From Akkermansia muciniphila (GTDB taxonomy: Bacteria > Verrucomicrobiota > Verrucomicrobiia > Limisphaerales > UBA9464), in contig CAMDDW010000002.1 of assembly GCA_945893185.1 (NCBI GenBank), positions 66,597 through 130,596 of the forward strand: a stretch of 64,000 nt of DNA, read 5' to 3'. Of this stretch, positions 57,354-64,000 are shown one piece after another. Positions within the stretch are counted from its first letter, which is position 1, and each line of letters opens with the position of its first letter. Below the pieces are notes generated by a model. The model made no database searches. It saw only the letters and a list, made by a program, of their open reading frames with translations, and was not told the DNA's origin. The translations under genes were made by a program, and so were the position numbers.

Positions 57354-58286
57354 TTAGTTGTTCTCGGGCAAACCCTCGGCATGCCCGAGGTTCTGGACGG
57401 GCCGGAAAATCGCCTGAACCTCCTCCAGCAGCTCCGTGTCGATGGGCTCTTCAATCCAGCGCGCCCAGTTGCGAATGTTCTCTGGGTTTGCGCTGCCCGC
57501 GATGGTGGTGGCGATGTCGGGATGCGCGCAGGAAAACTGCAGCGCCAGCTTGGCGATGTCAGATCCACGTTGGGCGCAGAGCGCGGCAGCGGCGCGGGCG
57601 GCGGCTTTCACAGTTTCTGGCTCCTTGAGCCAGGCGGGCAAGGGAGCGTTGGTGAGCAGGCGTGCGCTGAAAGGCCCGGCATTCATGGCACCGATCCCGC
57701 GGGCCTTCAGGGAGGGCACCGTCTCTTCGGCGAAGCGGGTGTTCTGGAGCGTGTATTGGTTGTAGCTGAGCACGCAGTCCACCGGAGCTTGATCGCCGAT
57801 GACGCGGAAGATCTTCTGCGGATAGCCGCTGAAGCCCACGAAGCGAACCTTTCCGGCAGCCACAGCCTTGCGGAGGGCCGGCAGCGTCTCGTCCACGATT
57901 TGTTGCATGGGGACGAACTCGATGTCGTGGCAGAGCACGATGTCGAGGTGGTCGGTACCCAAGCGATGCAAGGACACGTCGATGGATTCGGCCACACGGC
58001 GCGCCGAGAAATCAAAGTGCTGGAGATCGTAGCGGCCCAGCTTGGTGCACAGCGTGTATTGCTCGCGAGGCACGCCCTTGAGCGCGACACCGAGCAACAC
58101 CTCGCTCATGCCCCGCCCGTAAAAGGGCGAGGTGTCGATGAGGCTCAGTCCGCAGTCGAGGGCCACGCGCACGCTGCGCAGGGCCTCCTCAACGGTGACG
58201 TTGCGGAATTCCTGGCCCAGCGAACTGGCGCCAAATCCAAGGACTGGCAACGACAGTCCGGTGGTTCCGAGGGGTCGGGTTTGCAT
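57354..58286 (-). CDS. aldo/keto reductase, L-galactose/L-fucose (D-threo-aldose) 1-dehydrogenase-like
   Basis: LGFGASSLG ... LIDTSPFYGRGMSE ... TKLGRY ... FDFSARRVAESIDVSLHRLGTDHLDIVLCHDIEF ... IVDETLPAL ... From memory, it is collinear over its whole length with plant-type L-galactose dehydrogenase AKRs. Confidence 0.7.
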   Translation of the reverse strand: MQTRPLGTTGLSLPVLGFGASSLGQEFRNVTVEEALRSVRVALDCGLSLIDTSPFYGRGMSEVLLGVALKGVPREQYTLCTKLGRYDLQHFDFSARRVAESIDVSLHRLGTDHLDIVLCHDIEFVPMQQIVDETLPALRKAVAAGKVRFVGFSGYPQKIFRVIGDQAPVDCVLSYNQYTLQNTRFAEETVPSLKARGIGAMNAGPFSARLLTNAPLPAWLKEPETVKAAARAAAALCAQRGSDIAKLALQFSCAHPDIATTIAGSANPENIRNWARWIEEPIDTELLEEVQAIFRPVQNLGHAEGLPENN

Positions 58287-58324
58287 GGGGGTGATGGGAG
58301 TTTCAGACCGTCGAGATCCGAGAG

Positions 58325-61300
58325 TTACTCGTAGATATCACCGGCAGGCCGGGCCATCTTGCCCCATTTTTCCCATCCGGGAATCGGGTGTTCCTTGAGG
58401 ATTTCCTCGACCATGTAGAAGTCCGAACGTTTCTCGGTTTTGGCCCGAACCTTGGCCACTTGCTCGGCGCTGACCGGCGGCAAGTTGTTGCCAAAGGACT
58501 GGCGGACATAACTGATCACGCCGGCCGCCTCTTCGTCGGTGATCATGCCGCCTAAGCCAAGCATCGGGGGCACGCCGTTCTTCGGGCCGAAGCGCTGGCC
58601 ACCCAGCTCTAGCGGACCCCAAAGACCCTTGAGCACCACCTTGATGAGGCGCTCGTCTTCGGCCAGCCACGGATTGTTCGCCACGTTCAGCGGCGGGTAA
58701 ATGCCGGCCACGCCTGCTCCATTGGATTGATGGCAGGTGGCGCAGTGGGCGTCGCGGTGGAAGACCTCCTTGCCGAGGGCGTACTGTTTCTTCTCAACGG
58801 CGTTCAGCGTGCGGGTCGGGCCATAGACGACTTGATCGGCCGAGGGCGGGGCCGCACCGATCTTGAAGTTCCCAGCCAAGTAAGCCTTGGCATTGGGATT
58901 GTCGGCGAAGGCGTTGGGTTCGGCCTTGGCCAGCGAGGCCACCGATTGCTTCAAGGTGTTCTCGAGGATTTGTCGGGTCACCGGGCTCATCCACTTGTCG
59001 AGCGGTTGGCGCAGGCCTTCCAGCACGATGCGGGCTCCTTGATCACCGGGCAGCCAGGATGCGCCTACGATGGCTTCGAGCCGGACGCGGCCGTGCGTAT
59101 CGTTCACAGCTTGGCGGAACAAGTCCTGCGCCCCGGGGATTTGATGGGCCGTGTAGCGCAGCACGTGGGCCGCGGCCGCCCGGGCCTGATGAGAACGGGC
59201 ATTGAGGGCGGCGCGCAGCAGGCTGGCGTCGGGCTTGTTCTGGGCCCAGGTGGCCCACAGGGCTTCGCACAAGTGGCGGTCGTAGAGGGGATCCTTGCGG
59301 TCGAGCTTTGTGGCCCAGGCCTTCACGGCCGGGAGGACTTGCGAGGCCGGACGACCGCGCAGTTCGCGACGCGTCCGGTAGCGGGTGCGGTACTCGGGCG
59401 ACTTCAAGTTCTCGAGCAGCTCCGGCAGGCCGGCACCGGCCACCTTCGACGGCGTCACCAGCGGGCGCGACGGGTAGGTCACCCGGTAAATGCGGCCATG
59501 GTCGTGGTCACGCTTCGGATCGCGGGCGTTGTGCTGCATGTGCCCGATGAGGGCGTTGTGCCAGTCGAGGAAGTACAGCGAGCCATCTGGAGCGAACTCG
59601 AGGTCCACCGGGCGGAAGTTCGGATCGCTGGAGCTGATGAGGTCGCCGGCCAGGGAGCCGGTGAACCCGGATCCGTCTTCGCGCACCGCGCTGAAGTTCA
59701 GACCCAGGAACCCAATGCTGTTGCAGGTCATGAACTGACCTTGCCGGTCTTCAGGGAAATGCCGCGAGGAGACGAACTCCGAGCCCGAGGTGGGCCGAGA
59801 CCGCTTGGGCACATACTCGCCCGCGCGTTGGATTTCCACGCCGTAGGGCATTTTGGCCGAGATGGGCAGAGCCCAGTAATTCTCGCCGCTGGAGGCGTCG
59901 GACAGCACGCACTGCTCCCAGTCGTCGAAGGCGATACCCCAAGGGTTGTTCACGTCGCTCTGGATAGTGCGCTCCAGCCGGAAATTCTTCGGATCGAAGC
60001 GCCAGGCCCCACCGTCGTTCACGCGCTGCGGGCCGTAGGGCGTCTCGACTTGGCTGTGCAGGAAGCGGCCTTCGAGCAGGTAGAAGGCCCCCGAGGCGTC
60101 GGCGCTGTAGGCCGAAATCGCGTGGTGGGTGTCATGCGTGTCGAAGCCGTGCATGAGGATCTCCAGCCGGTCCGACTTGTCGTCGTGGTTGGAGTCGACC
60201 AGCAGGCAGAGGTTGGGCTCCTGCGAAAGATAAACTCCCTCGGGGGCCAGTTCGAAGCCAATGGGCAGGTGAAGGTTTCGAGCGAAGATCGTCTGTTTGT
60301 CGGCCTTTCCGTCGTGATTGGTATCTTCGAGGATGATGAGCTTGTCATCAGGCCGGGCATCACCCGGTCGGTAATGCGGGTAGCTGGGCATCACCGCGAC
60401 CCAGAGGCGTCCCTGGTTGTCGAAGGACATTTGCACCGGGTTCTTGAGATCAGGGAACTCCTTCTCGGAGGCGAAGAGCTCGACCTTGTAGCCGGGCATT
60501 ACGGTCATCTTCTCGATGGCCTTCTCGCCATCGAGGTAGTCCACCGAGCGCTTGAAATTCGTGGGCACTTCCGGCAGGGAGCGGGTCTTAGAGTCGTCTG
60601 CGGCAAGATCCTTACGCTTGCCGGCGGCGATTCCATGAACGACCTGGTCGCGCAGGGTCATCATCTCGCGGGTCTTGAGGATTTCCTCCGGATAATTCTG
60701 CGGGCCGAAGGGATCGTAGCGCTGGCCGTGCGTGTGCACGCCGTTGACCAGATTGTAGTCGTTGTTCCAGAAGAAGTCCTTGTCGAGCACCGCCTTGTGG
60801 ACGAGTTCGGGGTCGGCCTTCGAGGCCTTGGGCTGACGGCCAAAGGTGGCGTCGGCGAGCAGCACGGCCAGTTCCTGATAGCCCGACTCCGTGGGCGCGA
60901 ACCCGTTGATGGTGAGCGGCGGCTGGGCCCACTTGGCGAGGCGAGCCTTTGTGGCCGAGAAGAGGTCCACGAAGGTGAGTCCGCGCCGCTTGGCCACCGA
61001 GGCCATGGCCTTGGAATACAGGGCCAGGTTGGCGTTCTCCTGCTTGCCGTCTGGCAAATCGCGTTGGGCCGACAGGTTTTCGAAGGCGATGGGCGAGACG
61101 AGCACCAATCGAGGCGAGGCCGCGCCATTGTAGGCCTTCGACAGCGTGTGCGTGACCCAAGCGTCGAGTTCGGCCTCGAAGTTACCGACCTTGTCCGGGC
61201 CGTCGAACGACTCGTTGTACCCGAAGAAGCCGATGACCGTGTCGGCCTGCAAATGCGTGAGCCATTGGTCGGGTGTGGGATAGAATCCACGGCCGAAATG

Positions 61301-61666
61301 CGAATTTAGGTCGGGATGGAATTTCTCCGCGCCGGGAAAGGCCCATTGCGAAACGCGGCCTGGGTGCGGGCGGAATCCCGCGGTGTCACCGGGCCGGCCC
61401 ATGTTGCGTACGATGAGGTTCAGTTCGGGATAGCGCAGGTGCAGTTCGGTCTCCAGGCGGCTGAAGTACACGTCGCGCTCAGCCAGTCCGTTGCCGATGA
61501 AGACGATGCGTTCGCCGGCCGACGGTTTGGCCAGCGCCTGCGAACGGGCTGAGGTCGCGGTGACCGGCAAGGCGTTGGGCGCGTGGGCGCGCTTGTCGAC
61601 GTCGGCACCATGGAGGTTTGCGGCGGCCAGCACGGCCGCGGCGAGCAAAGCCAGGGAGGGTTTCAT
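58325..61666 (-). CDS. fusion protein: SGNH hydrolase domain plus PVC-type heme-binding dehydrogenase/HEAT/cytochrome c
   Basis: Signal peptide. IVFIGNGLAERD ... NMGRPGDT (SGNH). GYKVELFASE ... PVQMSFDNQGRLWVAVMPSYPHYRPGD ... LIILEDTNHDGKADK (propeller). Helical repeats. C-terminal CATCHQ ... PPM. Confidence 0.75.
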   Translation of the reverse strand: MKPSLALLAAAVLAAANLHGADVDKRAHAPNALPVTATSARSQALAKPSAGERIVFIGNGLAERDVYFSRLETELHLRYPELNLIVRNMGRPGDTAGFRPHPGRVSQWAFPGAEKFHPDLNSHFGRGFYPTPDQWLTHLQADTVIGFFGYNESFDGPDKVGNFEAELDAWVTHTLSKAYNGAASPRLVLVSPIAFENLSAQRDLPDGKQENANLALYSKAMASVAKRRGLTFVDLFSATKARLAKWAQPPLTINGFAPTESGYQELAVLLADATFGRQPKASKADPELVHKAVLDKDFFWNNDYNLVNGVHTHGQRYDPFGPQNYPEEILKTREMMTLRDQVVHGIAAGKRKDLAADDSKTRSLPEVPTNFKRSVDYLDGEKAIEKMTVMPGYKVELFASEKEFPDLKNPVQMSFDNQGRLWVAVMPSYPHYRPGDARPDDKLIILEDTNHDGKADKQTIFARNLHLPIGFELAPEGVYLSQEPNLCLLVDSNHDDKSDRLEILMHGFDTHDTHHAISAYSADASGAFYLLEGRFLHSQVETPYGPQRVNDGGAWRFDPKNFRLERTIQSDVNNPWGIAFDDWEQCVLSDASSGENYWALPISAKMPYGVEIQRAGEYVPKRSRPTSGSEFVSSRHFPEDRQGQFMTCNSIGFLGLNFSAVREDGSGFTGSLAGDLISSSDPNFRPVDLEFAPDGSLYFLDWHNALIGHMQHNARDPKRDHDHGRIYRVTYPSRPLVTPSKVAGAGLPELLENLKSPEYRTRYRTRRELRGRPASQVLPAVKAWATKLDRKDPLYDRHLCEALWATWAQNKPDASLLRAALNARSHQARAAAAHVLRYTAHQIPGAQDLFRQAVNDTHGRVRLEAIVGASWLPGDQGARIVLEGLRQPLDKWMSPVTRQILENTLKQSVASLAKAEPNAFADNPNAKAYLAGNFKIGAAPPSADQVVYGPTRTLNAVEKKQYALGKEVFHRDAHCATCHQSNGAGVAGIYPPLNVANNPWLAEDERLIKVVLKGLWGPLELGGQRFGPKNGVPPMLGLGGMITDEEAAGVISYVRQSFGNNLPPVSAEQVAKVRAKTEKRSDFYMVEEILKEHPIPGWEKWGKMARPAGDIYE

Positions 61667-61714
61667 TTTGGAAAAGAGGCTCGGGTGATCTTTAGAAAAA
61701 CGGCGGAGAATTGT

Positions 61715-62974
61715 TCAGTCGAGGAAGAGCGGTCGGAGGTGCCGCGAAAACAAGTTCTCGGTCACATTGCGGGCCACGAACGACTCATGCGTTTGCAGCG
61801 CCTGCAAGTAGCGGTCGCCCTTCTTGGCCGCGATCTTGAAGCCCACGTGCAGCAACTGGCGCAGGCTGGGATTGAAGCCCGGGTGCTTCGGATCATGGCG
61901 CAGGGCTCCGGTGAATTGTGCGGAATTCCATCCGGCAACTTCAGCGGCCGCGGGGAGCCGGGATCGGTCGATGTCGATGACCGTGGCGTACGGAGCACAC
62001 AGTTCGTCGATGTGCTCCAACGCGGCCCCGTACAAGTCTTTGGCCAACTCCAGCCCGTCACCGCCGGCCTCGGCCAGGCCAATGACTTCTTCGAGCCAGG
62101 TGGTGCCTGCGGTCTTCAGGTGCAAGCCAGCCCCGGTGCGGCGGATGGCTCGGGCGATGGGTCCGTAAATGGAGAACTTGTCGCTGCCCGAGTGGACGCT
62201 GAGCTTGAGCTCGGCTGGCAGGCCATAGCGTCGGATGGCTTCTGCGATAACGGCCAGGTCGTCGTTGAACTCCCGCTCGAACTGGGCCACATCACCGACA
62301 TAATCTACGCCCTTGTTGAAACGGCCGGTGAATTTCGGCGCGATGGTTTGCACCGGCACGCCGGCCTCAGCCAGCGCTGCCAGGATGACCATCAAGGCCG
62401 GCGGGGTTTGCGGCGCGTCGGTTTCATCCATGGACACTTCGGTGATGAAGCGCCCCACGCCCTTGGTTTCTGCGATGTGCCTATAAAGCGTTCCGGCCTC
62501 CTGGGTGGCCTTGAGGAACTGGGCGGTGATGTGCTGGATGTCCTCGCGAGTCGTGATGAGCGGTTCGGCGATACCCGGTACCCCTTGGGTTCCGATCAAC
62601 TCCGGGTGCCGTTGCAAGAAGGCTTCGACCGCTTCGGGGGCGGCCGGTTGACCAATGAAATCGGCCACATCGATGGTGTAGAAATCGCAGTGCGGCAAGA
62701 AGCGCCCCACCGTTTCCAAGCGGATATGATCGGCATCGAGAAAGTGCGGAGCCTTCCAGCCGAGGGCCTTCACGGCAGCATCGGCGGCAGCACGGGTGGC
62801 CGAAGGCTCGGAACCGATGATCGAGTGTTCCCGGTTGGACTTGTTCCAGACCGGAATGATTTCGACACCCTGTTCTAAGGCGAGTTGGCAGGCGCGCAGT
62901 TGGGCTTGCGCTTGGTGGGCAAATCGGTCGCCGATGCCGATAGAAAATCGGCCGAGGATAAGGGGTTGGCTCAT
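61715..62974 (-). CDS. tagaturonate/fructuronate epimerase (UxaE)-like TIM-barrel protein
   Basis: FSIGIGDRFAHQ ... IPVWNKSNREH ... FLDADHI ... SVHSGSDKFSIY ... LHLKTAGTTWLE, recalled as the UxaE family pattern. Not verified by search. Confidence 0.5.
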   Translation of the reverse strand: MSQPLILGRFSIGIGDRFAHQAQAQLRACQLALEQGVEIIPVWNKSNREHSIIGSEPSATRAAADAAVKALGWKAPHFLDADHIRLETVGRFLPHCDFYTIDVADFIGQPAAPEAVEAFLQRHPELIGTQGVPGIAEPLITTREDIQHITAQFLKATQEAGTLYRHIAETKGVGRFITEVSMDETDAPQTPPALMVILAALAEAGVPVQTIAPKFTGRFNKGVDYVGDVAQFEREFNDDLAVIAEAIRRYGLPAELKLSVHSGSDKFSIYGPIARAIRRTGAGLHLKTAGTTWLEEVIGLAEAGGDGLELAKDLYGAALEHIDELCAPYATVIDIDRSRLPAAAEVAGWNSAQFTGALRHDPKHPGFNPSLRQLLHVGFKIAAKKGDRYLQALQTHESFVARNVTENLFSRHLRPLFLD

Positions 62975-63023
62975 GGACTCTCCCGGAGGCTAACCGCGTG
63001 GCCCAGCTGGAGGCCAACCTTTC

Positions 63024-64000
63024 TCAGGCCACACTCCGTACGACTTTCTCGATGATTTGGAGTCCTTCCTCGGCCAGGGCTCGCGACAAGTTGAGCGCCG
63101 GTAACAATCGCACAATCTGGGTGCCACTGGGGATGGTAAGCACGCCAGCTTCGTGCAGCCGGTTGACCATTTGGAGGCTCGACACCGTTTCTTCCCGTTT
63201 GAAGCCGGGGATCTGGTCGAAGGGCTGCAATTCGATGCCCAGCATGAAGCCCAGTCCGCGGGCTCCCCGGACGACGCCCGGATACCGCTCGGCCAACCGG
63301 GAAATTTCGGCATGCAAGAAATCGCCGGTAGCCCGGACGTTGTTGGCCAGCTTTTCCCGTTCGATCACGTCGAGGATGCGCAGCGCCACCGCGCACCCCA
63401 GCGGATTGCCGCCGAAAGTGGTGCCATGGGTGCCGGGTCCGAGGATTTGCCCGAGTGCTACCCCATGGGCGTCGTCGCGCAACCAGAAGGCCCCGATGGG
63501 GAAGCCTCCGCCCAGCGACTTGGCCATGGAGATGCCGTCCGGAATGAACGATTCGCCCCCGGCGACCCCCTCAAGGATCCGTTGAAAACTCTGGAACCGA
63601 CCGGCGCGGAAATGTCCGCATTGCACCGCATCGACGAGCAGCAGGAGGCGCTTTTCGTCGCAGAGCTTGCGCAGGCCCAACAGGTATTCGGCCGACGCCG
63701 GGGTGATACCGCCTTCGCCCTGAATGCCCTCGATGAGAATGGCTGCCGTCGCGGGCGAAATGGCTTCGCGCGCCGCCTCCAGGTCGTTGAACGGGATGTG
63801 TCGGAATCCTTCCACCATGGGCTCGAAGCCCTTCTTCACCTTCTCCTGACCGGTGGCCGAGATACCGCCCAGCGTGCGTCCGTGGAAGGAGTTGACCGCT
63901 GTGAGAATTTCGAAGCGGCCTTCGTCGTGACCGAATTTCCGGACCGTTTTGTAGAGGCCCTCGTTGGCCTCGGCCCCGGAGTTGCAGAAAAACACTTTGC
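63024..64000 (-). CDS. argD: class-III aminotransferase, acetylornithine aminotransferase-like (5' end beyond the window)
   Basis: FFCNSGAEANEGLYK, SFHGRTLG, IEGIQGEGG, LLLVDAVQCG, HGTTFGGNPLGCAVA. Confidence 0.75.
   Translation of the reverse strand, partial: KVFFCNSGAEANEGLYKTVRKFGHDEGRFEILTAVNSFHGRTLGGISATGQEKVKKGFEPMVEGFRHIPFNDLEAAREAISPATAAILIEGIQGEGGITPASAEYLLGLRKLCDEKRLLLLVDAVQCGHFRAGRFQSFQRILEGVAGGESFIPDGISMAKSLGGGFPIGAFWLRDDAHGVALGQILGPGTHGTTFGGNPLGCAVALRILDVIEREKLANNVRATGDFLHAEISRLAERYPGVVRGARGLGFMLGIELQPFDQIPGFKREETVSSLQMVNRLHEAGVLTIPSGTQIVRLLPALNLSRALAEEGLQIIEKVVRSVA

Noticed and set aside
58727-61309. 860-aa ORF antisense to the SGNH/heme-dehydrogenase gene
   Set aside because: Entirely inside a well-supported minus-strand gene, with no motifs and the biased composition of a GC-rich antisense frame.

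Overview
High-GC (about 60%) bacterial chromosomal window. The gene content is typical of the PVC superphylum, most likely Verrucomicrobiota: PVC-type heme-binding 'membrane-bound dehydrogenase' proteins, DUF1501, CRTAC1/ASPIC, and many signal-peptided hypotheticals. Most of the window is housekeeping: pyk (5' fragment at the edge), family-4 UDG, dnaN, mnmG, tRNA-Gln(UUG), a complete F1Fo ATP synthase operon (atpBEFHAGDC), clpS and aat, purSQ, efp, aroE, and a partial argD-like aminotransferase at the right edge. The largest block is a tightly coupled 12-gene T2SS-like operon (15437-27279). Observations that deserve follow-up: (1) the secretin is encoded as two separately signal-peptided ORFs, broken inside the last N-domain loop and flanked by poly-Gly/(GGGGF)n tracts; (2) an uncharacterised gene is translationally coupled between clpS and aat; (3) a protein of about 1100 aa fuses an unknown N-terminal region, a fucokinase-like GHMP kinase and a UDPGP-type pyrophosphorylase; (4) a roughly 204-bp tandem repeat with a 97%-conserved 106-bp core and nested inverted repeats sits in a divergent promoter region; (5) SGNH + beta-propeller/HEAT/cytochrome c proteins occur as split and fused paralogs, one of them inside a putative L-galactose/L-fucose to tagaturonate locus. 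I saw no CRISPR array, transposase, integrase or recognisable defence gene. All calls come from reading translations, motifs and the nucleotide sequence by eye. No database search, HMM, RNA folding or statistics were run, and start codons are often uncertain.
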